A DNA stretch of 39,765 bases from a virus (lineage: Duplodnaviria; Caudoviricetes): the IMG/VR virus record IMGVR_UViG_3300048629_000064, positions 1 through 39,765 of that record. One strand, written 5' to 3'. Positions 1 through 9,983 of the stretch are shown here, piece by piece. A program made the translations under genes and the position numbers. Numbering within the stretch: the first letter of the stretch is position 1; the number at the start of each line of letters is the position of its first letter. The notes under the pieces were generated by a model. That model worked only from the letters and a program-made list of their open reading frames with translations. It did no database searches and was not told where the DNA came from.

Positions 1-134
1 TGATCATCGTACGCCCATGTAGCAACCTGCCCTTCAGTAAATGGAACGTCCATTATAAGACCCATCTGAGAAGGGTCAGTTGGTGAAAATACTACCGATT
101 TAGGATGCACAGGAGCAGCGCCATCAATGATAAT
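1..134. repeat. Terminal direct repeat, left copy (circularity/assembly overlap)
   Basis: 1-126 is identical to 39633-39758; the next few bases match apart from a 1-nt indel (catcaatgataat vs catcatgataat). Confidence 0.95.
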
Positions 135-362
135 ATCAATCTGATCTTTGATATCACAAGTAACCATCATGGGCCTATCCCATATAACCAGTATACCATC
201 TTTCTGGTGCATGTGAATCGCTGAGTGAGCCACTTGAGGGATTACAGGGAGCTCACCCTTATAACCGGCACCCTGACCGGGTTTTCTGTGTATCAATTTA
301 ACCTTGTACGTAGGAACACATGCTTTACGTACGCGGCGTCCTTTGCAAATTCTCTTAAGCAT
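1..362 (-). CDS. 5' part of the tail fibre-like gene that continues across the junction into 37895..39742 (about 699 aa in total)
   Basis: ATG at 362-360 overlaps the TAA of the 1477-aa gene (TAATG). Hand translation MLKRICKGRRVRKACVPTYKVKLIHRKPGQGAGY...IIIDGAAPVHPKSVVFSPTDPSQMG is open and joins the 615-aa ORF in frame. Confidence 0.85.
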   Translation of the reverse strand, partial: MLKRICKGRRVRKACVPTYKVKLIHRKPGQGAGYKGELPVIPQVAHSAIHMHQKDGILVIWDRPMMVTCDIKDQIDIIIDGAAPVHPKSVVFSPTDPSQMGLIMDVPFTEGQVATWAYDD

Positions 363-3300
363 TATATTCCTCCACCATCAGTTATAGTCCAATTGTGATC
401 GTTGATAAGTTTGTCTCTTGCAATATTAGCAAGACCACCTGCTGTATATTTTGATGTTCCAAAATCTATAACAATATCATCATGAACATTCTGCGCAGCC
501 CAGGCTATTAGAATTTTATCGTAGGCAGGTGTAGTAAATCCTGCATTAGTTGCAAATTGTCTAGCGTCAACAACGCTACTTATATCCCAAGTTTCAATAC
601 CAATTTCACCTAACTGATAGAGATTAGAGTACGCAATAAAATTCATAATTATAGACACATTCTCAGTGTCCATACCATGTAAGTCTATATGTAGCGCTCC
701 TTTAATATTGGCAAGCATGGTTTTAAAGGTTGTAACCATAGATAAATTGCAAGGTTTCGCTGTAAAATGTGTTAAATTTTGACAACCATTAAACGCTGCA
801 AACAGATCAATCCACCCTACAGACCCAAGCTGTTTTACCTCAATCAGCTTATCCTTATCGCCAGCGTTATTCTGACTCCATTTCTTACAAATTCCTTGAA
901 TAACAATGGTATAGTCCCCAGGCGCATCATATGTATGATGTGGATAAGTAGCTTGCGTATTCCCAGTATGTCCATCACCCCAGTCTATATCAAAATTGTT
1001 ATCAGTAGCTACCGCTGGAAGAGTGATCGTTTCATTAGCAGTAGTTGTTCTCCATACAGAGACAAAGTCATCAACAGTATAGCAAGGACTTACAACTGGT
1101 CCCTGATCTATAATCACCCAATGACGATCTACAATTAAGTTATGTCTTGCATTAGATGCAGGACCACAATTATATTGAGATTTAAAATGTGTTATTAATT
1201 GATTAGTGTTCTGAGCCTCCCAACTGATCAAGATGTGGTCGTATGCTTCTGGAGTAAAGGTAGTTTGGTCAGCGAATAATTCAGCAGACTCTACAGACGA
1301 TATATCCCATTTTTCAATACCAATGTCTCCAGCGGGTGTTATTACTAACCAACGTGATACCATCTGATTAATGTTAAAAGCAACCCCCATATTAAAACCA
1401 GACAAGTCAGGTGCAACTGCAACTTTAGGCCAGTTATACAGCATTCCATAAAACCAGGTACAATTAGATGTATCCAAACCAGTTAAGTCTGGAGTATTCA
1501 CCATATTGTCAAGTCCTGCTAACATATGGGACATATTCGTAACCCTAGAAGTATCACAAGGACCAGCTTTAAAATCCATTAAGTTGCTACATCCCCAGAA
1601 AGCATGTTCCAAAGAAGTCCAGTGACAGAATCCAAGCTGTTTTACCTCAATCAGCTTATCCTTATCACCACTGTCATTCTGATACCATTCTGGGCAGTAC
1701 CCATCAATTGTAACCGTATGGTCTCCTGCAGTAGCATAGATGTGGGTCGGGTATGATGTATTGACATGCTCATGCACACCATCACCCCAATCTATAAAGA
1801 AATCATTATTACCAGTAGCCGGGAGGGTAATACTCTCGTCAGTCATAGTCGTTTTCCAGACAGAAATGAATCCCTCAGGATTGTCCACTCCACTAATCGG
1901 ATTGAGAACTGAGACCTCATATGTACTAATCTGCTCATTCTTTCCAGAGGGAAAGGTTCGACTCATGGTTAGTACGTTGCCCTTACCATATAAACTCTTG
2001 GGCATCAGCAGTGGGAAGACGACCTTATCTCCTTTCTCAAGTTGATATCCCCGAGGCATCATGACTTTAAATTTATGAATTGACTGGGGTCCCTTGTCTA
2101 TCTCAAGTAGCCTGTTTGCAATTAATTCAGCGATGGTATCTGAAGTTATTAAATCATATCTTCTACGCTCTTCTTTGAGAGTAAATTTAGCAATAGAACC
2201 GGTGTCTACAACGTGCTTTTTACCCTTATAAACACCGGTGTGGAGTTGTCGTTTATATTGGATAGTGATATCGTTCTTTATTATTTCGATAGGTTGATTA
2301 TTGATTGTCTTTGAACGCAATACTACTTGAGAATTACCAATTGACATATCAACAACTGCTGATGAGTCAGTTTTATATGACAACAATTTAATCTTTCCCT
2401 GATTAAACAGCAGGCGCAGCATGCCTTCAAATAAAATTTTACGTAGTCCGTCATGGAGTCTGAACTCACCGTCAATAGCACCATTCAAGAAGTAACCATC
2501 AGCAGTGTAGGACGCTATTTCATCGGCAAAGCTAACAGCGTCAATATATGACGCTCCATTTGGGGTGTACTTTTCAATAAGAGATTGGATTACTTCCGGA
2601 GGAGTTGGGTCTGCGCCCATATCAGATTCTACATCAACAAGCAACTCCTCAGCGTATACTATTCGTTTTTCATCAGGATTCTGTATAGCATTGGGATCAT
2701 AGGTGATATCCCATTTAACCCACTGCACTGCAGTTTTAAGCTCACGAACAAATCCAGCGGTGGATGGTCCAGTTATTTTTTGATACAAACCAACGCGTGC
2801 ATTTTTAAGGTCAGTCCAACTGGTTACACCACTTAGGGTATAAGGACCATAAGTGGTCATTGCTGCTACAGGATTAATAGTCGCAAGTGTTTGATTATCA
2901 GCGGGTTGATTAGTTTGTCTACGAATGATAGAGATTTCCCTATCACAATTGTCTGTTGATGATACGCGTACTGTAACTTTTACGTCAACTAGACCACCGT
3001 AGGAACTCAAGTCCCTATCAAATCTCGACAAACCTTGTTGTGTAGGAATAGGTACTGTACCAGGCGCAACGTAGTACTGGAACAAAAATTCAAACTGCAT
3101 TATCCCAACTGAACCCTTAGTATACTGAAACCAAGCACCTCTGTCAGGATTGACTTCAGTATTTTCATACTCAAGTTTTATACCAGAATTTGTAAATTCA
3201 GCTAGTGTACCAACTGGAATATTATCATACTGGAGTGTCTTATTATTAAACGTAGCATAAGTATCCGCACCTACGCTAGCACTATCATTTTCAAGAGTCT

Positions 3301-4795
3301 CGTCGTGTAGCAACCTTGACGTACTGCCGTCTACGTTTATAAAGGAAACTTTAAGTTTACCTTTTGAACGTCGTACTACATTAATAGAATCATAGGTAAC
3401 CCTCATTTTTACAGAACCAGAAACAAGCGTACCACCTACGCCAGTTAAGTCACCGTCAAATACAACAATAACGTCTCCTGATATTCCATCGTTGGTAGCA
3501 AGTTTATTTGTTGTATCTATACGAATACCAACAGAGGCATTAACTGTTGTGTCCCGCTGGAGCATATCTTCCCACCCGGTAGGTGGTGCGCTAGATTGCT
3601 TCTGAAATGTGTTTGTTTCTGATTTTAGGATAGGAATTTGCACCAGTTTATTAGCGTCGTATGTACCGCCACCAACTGTACTTTCTATATTAAAAGCAGC
3701 TGAACTAGCTTCTCTGTTTATTGAGCCAAGTCCAGATGGCGCTTTCGCACCCCCACTATAAGCAGACTCGTATCTACTACCAAATTGTCCATACACAGTT
3801 TCAGGAGGTGGCTGCGTAGACCCACCGCCTGTAGTTTTTATTTTCAACCATGGTGGTCTATCTATAAATCTTGCTATTACAGGGTCGCCAGACGTGATAA
3901 AATTTACTGGATTTATATATGGTTCACCATTCGCCTGAAAGTTATCAACAGTCTTAACTGGTCCTGCACAAATAGCGTAGTCGTATTTAGCATTGGGGAT
4001 AGTGATATGTGCCCCTACTCGATGTATGCGCTTCGTGGTTCCACCTTGTGCCCGTGCAGTGACACGAATACCTGCAGCAGATACCATGTCATACTTTACG
4101 AGCTCTGAGTCAATATATACAGTTGTTGAGCCTGTACCAGCCGGAAAGCCTACCCCATTAGATATTAGAAATTCACCTGTCTGTGGAGCCGTACTGTTTG
4201 CTGATCCATCCCCAATCTCCTCAACCAGGGTAGTACTACGGGCTGTCTTGAGATCGATCATGGGGACACCTTCAACCTTACCAATGACCACGGGCAACGA
4301 CTCATCCCCGGTATGGCTTTCAAATAGGTACGGGTTGTTTATCATGATAATGGATACCATGTCCACAGCAAGCAGCATAGATGCCTCTGTTAACGTAATC
4401 GGATCCTGACACACCATTACGTCGATCAACTGCATGTCTGCCTCTGAGACACCATAAAACCATTGGTATATTTCTACTTTGGTATTCTCCACCCCATTTT
4501 CATACAGTGCACGTATAAACGCGTAGGAGTCTGGCCCATTAATCAGAGACAGTGTGACTGATCGAATCTCCAGGGCTCCCCCCTCAAAGAACGTATTGAT
4601 ATTTGATGAATCAGTCAGTGTACCCCAGTCCTCAACAAAGGGCAGATACTCATGTGATAACCCATCTGCAGCACCAATTACTGTATCACTGATGTAGTAT
4701 ACCTCTGACCCGATAAATATATGAAGCAGAATAGCTGGAGACCGATCTATGCTATCTATCTGTGCCTGAAAATCAGCAGGAAGTCCAGTAATCAT
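362..4795 (-). CDS. Tail tip/hub (central fibre) protein with two C-terminal PKD-like + DUF285/BspA-like repeat modules
   Basis: 1477 aa, downstream of the tape measure and distal tail genes. Two modules share IDWGDG, HxYxxxGDxT, GDKDKLIEVKQLG and WDISSV motifs. Confidence 0.75.
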   Translation of the reverse strand: MITGLPADFQAQIDSIDRSPAILLHIFIGSEVYYISDTVIGAADGLSHEYLPFVEDWGTLTDSSNINTFFEGGALEIRSVTLSLINGPDSYAFIRALYENGVENTKVEIYQWFYGVSEADMQLIDVMVCQDPITLTEASMLLAVDMVSIIMINNPYLFESHTGDESLPVVIGKVEGVPMIDLKTARSTTLVEEIGDGSANSTAPQTGEFLISNGVGFPAGTGSTTVYIDSELVKYDMVSAAGIRVTARAQGGTTKRIHRVGAHITIPNAKYDYAICAGPVKTVDNFQANGEPYINPVNFITSGDPVIARFIDRPPWLKIKTTGGGSTQPPPETVYGQFGSRYESAYSGGAKAPSGLGSINREASSAAFNIESTVGGGTYDANKLVQIPILKSETNTFQKQSSAPPTGWEDMLQRDTTVNASVGIRIDTTNKLATNDGISGDVIVVFDGDLTGVGGTLVSGSVKMRVTYDSINVVRRSKGKLKVSFINVDGSTSRLLHDETLENDSASVGADTYATFNNKTLQYDNIPVGTLAEFTNSGIKLEYENTEVNPDRGAWFQYTKGSVGIMQFEFLFQYYVAPGTVPIPTQQGLSRFDRDLSSYGGLVDVKVTVRVSSTDNCDREISIIRRQTNQPADNQTLATINPVAAMTTYGPYTLSGVTSWTDLKNARVGLYQKITGPSTAGFVRELKTAVQWVKWDITYDPNAIQNPDEKRIVYAEELLVDVESDMGADPTPPEVIQSLIEKYTPNGASYIDAVSFADEIASYTADGYFLNGAIDGEFRLHDGLRKILFEGMLRLLFNQGKIKLLSYKTDSSAVVDMSIGNSQVVLRSKTINNQPIEIIKNDITIQYKRQLHTGVYKGKKHVVDTGSIAKFTLKEERRRYDLITSDTIAELIANRLLEIDKGPQSIHKFKVMMPRGYQLEKGDKVVFPLLMPKSLYGKGNVLTMSRTFPSGKNEQISTYEVSVLNPISGVDNPEGFISVWKTTMTDESITLPATGNNDFFIDWGDGVHEHVNTSYPTHIYATAGDHTVTIDGYCPEWYQNDSGDKDKLIEVKQLGFCHWTSLEHAFWGCSNLMDFKAGPCDTSRVTNMSHMLAGLDNMVNTPDLTGLDTSNCTWFYGMLYNWPKVAVAPDLSGFNMGVAFNINQMVSRWLVITPAGDIGIEKWDISSVESAELFADQTTFTPEAYDHILISWEAQNTNQLITHFKSQYNCGPASNARHNLIVDRHWVIIDQGPVVSPCYTVDDFVSVWRTTTANETITLPAVATDNNFDIDWGDGHTGNTQATYPHHTYDAPGDYTIVIQGICKKWSQNNAGDKDKLIEVKQLGSVGWIDLFAAFNGCQNLTHFTAKPCNLSMVTTFKTMLANIKGALHIDLHGMDTENVSIIMNFIAYSNLYQLGEIGIETWDISSVVDARQFATNAGFTTPAYDKILIAWAAQNVHDDIVIDFGTSKYTAGGLANIARDKLINDHNWTITDGGGI
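825..1666. repeat. 35-bp perfect direct repeat (825-859 and 1632-1666) within the duplicated tail modules
   Basis: ccaagctgttttacctcaatcagcttatccttatc occurs twice, 807 bp apart. Confidence 0.9.
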
Positions 4796-5152
4796 TTAAC
4801 AAGCCTCCACGGTAAAGTCACCAGTCCATAAGCCAAAATCAGTCTGCTCAAATGATAAACGAGGCACTGTAAAGCGTACATGTCTTGTAATCCCAAGATC
4901 ATCTGTAAGATAAAAAGATTTAAACATTGCATCCACTACATTGACAAACCAGTCCATTAATACAGCATAATCCGCGTCACCCATATCTTTAAATGTGTAG
5001 ACATATTCCCCGAGTTTAACATGAAAACTTTCCGTATGGACAATACCAGTAGCTGTACGTTCTTTAGCTTGTACAATCGAAACTGATTGGGGATATGAGA
5101 ACTGCGCTCCACAAATTAATTCTGCAGTTATAGTACCAAGTTTAAATTTCAT
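4796..5152 (-). CDS. Putative distal tail protein
   Basis: 118 aa, beta-rich, between the tape measure and tail tip genes; positional call. Confidence 0.55.
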   Translation of the reverse strand: MKFKLGTITAELICGAQFSYPQSVSIVQAKERTATGIVHTESFHVKLGEYVYTFKDMGDADYAVLMDWFVNVVDAMFKSFYLTDDLGITRHVRFTVPRLSFEQTDFGLWTGDFTVEAC

Positions 5153-7161
5153 GCTCTTGCACCATTTCTTTGAATCTCATTGATAATGTTTACAATATCA
5201 GACCTTGATACGGCCTGGTTTATATGTACTGTAACATTGGATGAACCCCCACCACCATAGAAGTCTCCAGCATTGCCACCTTTAGAGACATACTGGTCAG
5301 TCAGGTATCTCTCTCGATCTCGACGAGATTGGAGTGTTCGATCTCGTGCTCCCTGGTTCCATTGTGTAAACTCGCTTAAAGATGGTCTTCTCTGTCCAGG
5401 CTGACTGTCGAGTATGCGAGCCTTTTCCTGATCTGATTTCATAATTGCCAGAATGCCTTCTGCTGTTTTCATCAGTTCGGCACCTGAGTTGAACGAATAG
5501 CTTTTTCCCGTTTTAGCCGGATCTTTGTTCCCCTCACCCTTAGTGCCTGCAGCACCTCGAGCAGCAGCCCCAGCATACGCGTCTGCAGCAGTAGCAGCAC
5601 CCATTACTCCGGTTTTTGCGTATTGCCCGGAGTTACCCTGGGCAACCAGCCCAGAGACCAACTTAGCAGCCTCTACAGAGGCCTTTACATCAGAGGTGCC
5701 TTTAGTATCTGCAGCCTTAGCCGTGCCTTTGAGAGCCTCTTCATTAGTTTTCATGGTGGTGGTGTTCCCCGCAACGACTCGACCATATTCTGCTGCAGAA
5801 TCTTTTATGTTAACCCACTTACCATTAACCAAGGCGAGCTGATCAGATTGACCCTTCAATGCAGCAATTACCCGGGACGTACTGCTTATTGTCTTATCTG
5901 CTACGCTGCTTTGGGTTTTCCATGACTTCTCGATTTCCTCGCCGGTTTTCCTAATTTCTTCATTCCACTTTTTCTGGGCCTCGGCTACTGTCTCAATGTC
6001 TACTTTTATCGATGAGGTTGAATTCCCGACACCAGCACTGAGTTCATCAAATTTGACATTACCCTCTTCTACTTTAGCCCATGTTTTCTCCAACCCATCG
6101 ACAGCAGAGTCTACAAACAGCGTCATGTTATCAGACAGGGCCTTTAAGGGATTAGTGTCGATTACTCCTAACTTTTGTAGACCAGACAGTAGTAACTCAA
6201 GAGGTTTAAGGACCAATGATGCACCTTTAGCCAGATAGGCAAAAGCGACAATAACCGCCTGAGCAGACAGTTTTATACCCATGAATCCATTATATAGAAA
6301 CCTGGCCGATTCAATGAGAAATTTTATAGTGGTGTTCAGGCCATTACCTTTAATTGCCCAGTCATTGAACGTGGTAATTGCCTGATTAGCATATGGGATG
6401 AGGTACTCACCAACTTGAGTAGTAAAATCCTCCATGTTAGCCCGAAGACGTTTCAGTTGAGACTCATAACTGCTCTGGGTGCGTATTGTATCACCAATAG
6501 CCGCTTTAGAGCCCTCCAGCATGAGCTTAAAGGCAAGTTGTGCTTTGGTATTTGCATCAAGTACACCCTTACCACTCCAGAGCCCCTCAGCCCGAGCACG
6601 TTCCTTTATTATGGTGTCACTGATGACAATACCATATTTCTTCATTACTTGATATTCGCCAGTCAATGCCGACTGCATGTCCCTCATCGCATCTGCCGAG
6701 GTTTTAACCTCAGGGTTGAATGCCGACAGATCTGAGGCCAGTTTAGCCACCTCAAACGACATCTTCCCAGCAGCATCTGCCTGCATGCCCATAGGTACTA
6801 ACAGATCTTGAGTCGAGGCTAGAAATAGCTTTGACTCCCGCCTGGACATGATGTAGTCTCGCTGTAACTCCTCTGCCCATTTATTAGCAGAGTCGGTCAT
6901 CCCATTAAATACTACATCAAATTTATCTTGGGTATCCTCCATGAGCGAGGCAGCCTGGACAGCCTTCATCCCGAGTCCAACTACTAAACTGGATCCTACT
7001 GCAGTCACTATGGCTGTGAACTTAGCAAAGGACGCCCCAATAGATTTAACCTTACCACCAAGAGAATCTGTAGACCTACCAGCCCGCTGTACCTCACCCT
7101 CGTATTGCTTGAGACCAGTTACCGCTCCAGATGAATCTACGGTTAGTTCAACGACAGGCAT
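5149..7161 (-). CDS. Tail tape measure protein
   Basis: 670 aa, Ala/Gly-rich and helical, with hydrophobic segments. Contains a typical DLSAF..A...QSALTGEY..MKKYGI block and follows the chaperone pair. Confidence 0.9.
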   Translation of the reverse strand: MPVVELTVDSSGAVTGLKQYEGEVQRAGRSTDSLGGKVKSIGASFAKFTAIVTAVGSSLVVGLGMKAVQAASLMEDTQDKFDVVFNGMTDSANKWAEELQRDYIMSRRESKLFLASTQDLLVPMGMQADAAGKMSFEVAKLASDLSAFNPEVKTSADAMRDMQSALTGEYQVMKKYGIVISDTIIKERARAEGLWSGKGVLDANTKAQLAFKLMLEGSKAAIGDTIRTQSSYESQLKRLRANMEDFTTQVGEYLIPYANQAITTFNDWAIKGNGLNTTIKFLIESARFLYNGFMGIKLSAQAVIVAFAYLAKGASLVLKPLELLLSGLQKLGVIDTNPLKALSDNMTLFVDSAVDGLEKTWAKVEEGNVKFDELSAGVGNSTSSIKVDIETVAEAQKKWNEEIRKTGEEIEKSWKTQSSVADKTISSTSRVIAALKGQSDQLALVNGKWVNIKDSAAEYGRVVAGNTTTMKTNEEALKGTAKAADTKGTSDVKASVEAAKLVSGLVAQGNSGQYAKTGVMGAATAADAYAGAAARGAAGTKGEGNKDPAKTGKSYSFNSGAELMKTAEGILAIMKSDQEKARILDSQPGQRRPSLSEFTQWNQGARDRTLQSRRDRERYLTDQYVSKGGNAGDFYGGGGSSNVTVHINQAVSRSDIVNIINEIQRNGARA

Positions 7162-7424
7162 TATCTCACCTTCATCTCTACCATTTTTATAACATCGATC
7201 ATATCAATAATCTCGACATCAGATAAACAATTTAATCTACAGTATGCAATTATCTCGGTTACGCTACCACCAGTTATATAATACGTTGTGAGGTAAAATT
7301 CCTCATATTCTGCCAGATTAGGCTCGTCATCAAGCGCCTTTACATGGACACCCTGAGAACGTAGACGTTTAAGCCAACCTATATTCCCCGAGTGTTTTTC
7401 ATACCACTTAACAGCGCTAACTAC
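7161..7424 (-). CDS. Tail assembly chaperone gpT-like extension reached by -1 frameshift
   Basis: 87 open codons (VVSAVKWYEKHSGNIGWLKRL...KMVEMKVR*) in the -1 frame after GTG GAA AAG TAG. The stop overlaps the tape-measure ATG. Confidence 0.75.
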   Translation of the reverse strand, partial: VVSAVKWYEKHSGNIGWLKRLRSQGVHVKALDDEPNLAEYEEFYLTTYYITGGSVTEIIAYCRLNCLSDVEIIDMIDVIKMVEMKVR

Positions 7425-7798
7425 TTTTCCACGATACCCAGTTTATAGTTTGAGTCATCAGCAGCAACAGCTGACACCTCCTCCCTAAAAATCTCATACC
7501 TCTTCAGCATGTCCTGGGCAAGCTCTGTAGTGTAATCTACTGGGTTACCTTCAAGATCGACAGCACCTTTCCAGTCAAGGAGAATAGTTTTAGCCATGGC
7601 TTTAGATGTGATATCTACAACCACATCTGGATTATTGATGTCCATGGCTGCAGCCTGAGACTGCTGCAGTCTCCGGACCTCAGCTAAATATGCCGGGTTT
7701 CGAAGGCTGGCAACGCAAACCTTTAGACCACTAGGGAGGGTTCTCCATACACCCTCTGTGACTGTACTGCTTAACTCATATGCCTGTGAAAAATCCAT
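7421..7798 (-). CDS. Tail assembly chaperone (gpG-like)
   Basis: 125 aa after the tail tube gene, with EGVW and ILLDWKG motifs; ends in a slippery A_AAG immediately before the stop. Confidence 0.8.
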   Translation of the reverse strand: MDFSQAYELSSTVTEGVWRTLPSGLKVCVASLRNPAYLAEVRRLQQSQAAAMDINNPDVVVDITSKAMAKTILLDWKGAVDLEGNPVDYTTELAQDMLKRYEIFREEVSAVAADDSNYKLGIVEK

Positions 7799-7820
7799 TT
7801 ACATCTACTCCAGGTTAAGA

Positions 7821-8777
7821 TTAAGTATGGTCTGTACGTTCGACCAACATAGCGCAACCCTTAGCAGTATCATCAAGGGCTACAAAGGAAGCATTATCAA
7901 AAATATCATCAGGTCCGTCGATCGGGATTTCATCACTATCGAGAACAGCCCGGGGGATCAAAAACATATATTTATTCCCCAGTGAGTCAAGCAGTTCCCA
8001 AGAGAATGAAAATGTAGTACCGGCTAAAAGCTTTTTATAGAGATCGGTATCCTCGAAGTATGCAGTAAGTTTTCCAGTTATGTCGATCTTGTGGGCATTG
8101 GCTGAGCAGGCACCAAGTATTCCCACACCTGTTTTCCCCGTAACATTATTCTTTACAGTTACAGTCCATTCCTTAACATGACACTCAGCTACAGGCACGT
8201 TGTCAATCTTCACATTCTGGACATTAGTCACTGTCGAGAACTCTGGGTTGTCAGTAGCATCAGAATATGTAGCACCTACCGTGGGAGTCTTAATGGTCTC
8301 TGTCTTGAGGCCGACAAAAGCATAAGAGCCTTCCACTATATCCTGATCCTTAAAGCTCATTTCCCAGACATCAGCAGACATCCCCATAAACTGGAAATAT
8401 TCAGAGATGTCAGGGTGTCCCCGTTCGATGAAAAATGGTGTATAGAGGGACCCATCTTTGAGCTGACTCGTGCCTGTTGTCGGGGTATCCACCACCCATT
8501 CACCCCAGAGAAAAGCAGCCATCATCTCATCTGCTGGGCTATTCTCATATGTCGTGCCAAACTTATAGCCACCACCAACAGTAAACCCTGTAATCGTAAC
8601 CCCTGTAGTTCTACGATTACCCTTCATATTTTTTGAGATATTCGTTTTAATCTCAGCCCCAAGATCTGCTGACTCAAAATTTACCTTAGTCATTGCCGGG
8701 GTAGCAGGGATTGCAGAGGGATTGCCTGTAGCAGCCTTCACAATAGCAATATAGCTATTAGCACCTGTTGCGCTCAT
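7821..8777 (-). CDS. Major tail tube protein
   Basis: 318 aa, Thr/Gly beta-rich, with C-terminal ITGKLTAYFED...FSWELLDSLGNKY; expected position. Confidence 0.85.
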   Translation of the reverse strand: MSATGANSYIAIVKAATGNPSAIPATPAMTKVNFESADLGAEIKTNISKNMKGNRRTTGVTITGFTVGGGYKFGTTYENSPADEMMAAFLWGEWVVDTPTTGTSQLKDGSLYTPFFIERGHPDISEYFQFMGMSADVWEMSFKDQDIVEGSYAFVGLKTETIKTPTVGATYSDATDNPEFSTVTNVQNVKIDNVPVAECHVKEWTVTVKNNVTGKTGVGILGACSANAHKIDITGKLTAYFEDTDLYKKLLAGTTFSFSWELLDSLGNKYMFLIPRAVLDSDEIPIDGPDDIFDNASFVALDDTAKGCAMLVERTDHT

Positions 8778-8786
8778 AATTACTCC

Positions 8787-9173
8787 TTAAATCATGCACT
8801 CGTTATAATAAAAAGGTACCACCACATTTAATTGATACCACTCCTTTACCTGCCCAACCCTCTCAGTATGGGCCGCTCTCATTGTTAAATCCCCGACCTG
8901 CCATAGACTAAATAGCCGATGTACTTCTTCGGCTAGTGACACCCCAGGTATGACCGATTGCTCTGCCGGGACAAATATAGATATTAAAACAAAACCCTCA
9001 CTGTGTACCCTAGGCCCTGCTGCTCGGGACTCGCTGGCTGACCAGTCAACACGACATCTGATCCATGCTGTACCCCGAGTAGGATTAAATCTCACGTTAT
9101 CCCAGTCGATCTCGGTGAAAGTCCAGTTATCCCGAAGACGTTTTTCAATAAGTTTTTGGACATTTTCAAACAT
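8787..9173 (-). CDS. Tail terminator-like protein
   Basis: 128 aa with WDNVRF, GFVLISIFVP and WYQLNVVVPF; directly upstream of the tube gene. Confidence 0.7.
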   Translation of the reverse strand: MFENVQKLIEKRLRDNWTFTEIDWDNVRFNPTRGTAWIRCRVDWSASESRAAGPRVHSEGFVLISIFVPAEQSVIPGVSLAEEVHRLFSLWQVGDLTMRAAHTERVGQVKEWYQLNVVVPFYYNECMI

Positions 9174-9591
9174 GATATTTCTTATTACTTAGGATTTTGT
9201 ATGCAGACCTGAGCTGCATGTTCACAGCAATGGCTGTAGGTACAATCATGGGCTGGGCAGACATCTTTGGTGTACCTGTCTCAAGATATATTGCATACTC
9301 AGTGTTATTATATAGAGTAATAACGGAGTTAAATTTAGGATTGAGTTTGGGACTTATTGCAGCAGCAAACTTACCACCAGGATTATGCTTAACATTATCC
9401 ATAGGAGCCCTATCCACAGAGACATCCCAGTTGCTACGAAGAAACCCAGTATCCTTAGCCGACCTACGAACAAGCATTCTAAAAGCATCCATAGACACCT
9501 TAGATAAGACTTTGGAGATGTCTTTTTTCAGTTCGTCCCCGCCCTCATCCATGGCAGATATTAACTGTGCTCCGGTCTTTACTCGTCTCAT
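9166..9591 (-). CDS. HK97 gp10-like tail completion protein
   Basis: DTGFLRSNW, NNTEYAIYLETGT and AQPMI motifs. Confidence 0.85.
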   Translation of the reverse strand: MRRVKTGAQLISAMDEGGDELKKDISKVLSKVSMDAFRMLVRRSAKDTGFLRSNWDVSVDRAPMDNVKHNPGGKFAAAISPKLNPKFNSVITLYNNTEYAIYLETGTPKMSAQPMIVPTAIAVNMQLRSAYKILSNKKYHV

Positions 9592-9983
9592 GCCATCTTC
9601 AATGGTCTAATGTGAAATGTGTAGTGGGCCCTGGCTGGATCAGTTTCAATGCCGATTATCGACCACTCATTGTTAGAATCATCCACAACCTTATCTGTCA
9701 GCCTAGGGGTCACAGGCAACTCCAATGCTGGAAAGATAACTTTCTTATCGACAAATAAGGTTGTAGAATCATCAGCCTTAGCGAGTGAAGCACGACTCAT
9801 CGAGATTTTAAAGTCCAACCATACAGCGTCTATGGGTCCTTCAATGTTTTGAGGCTGAGGTATAACCTGGTCCCCATCATATATCGGAGGATCCATGTAG
9901 ACGACATGAATAGGCCTGGTTAGTCCATTCTCGACAAAGTTGTACCACTCGTCTTCGAGTATGATGGGAATTGAGACGCCCAT
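9588..9983 (-). CDS. Putative head closure protein
   Basis: 131 aa ending WSIIGIETDPARAHYTFHIR; position in the neck cluster. Confidence 0.55.
   Translation of the reverse strand: MGVSIPIILEDEWYNFVENGLTRPIHVVYMDPPIYDGDQVIPQPQNIEGPIDAVWLDFKISMSRASLAKADDSTTLFVDKKVIFPALELPVTPRLTDKVVDDSNNEWSIIGIETDPARAHYTFHIRPLKMA

Noticed and set aside
825-1666. Tail repeats as a diversity-generating retroelement or invertible shufflon
   Set aside because: No reverse transcriptase or recombinase; repeats are direct and in frame, with no evident adenine-specific mismatch pattern.
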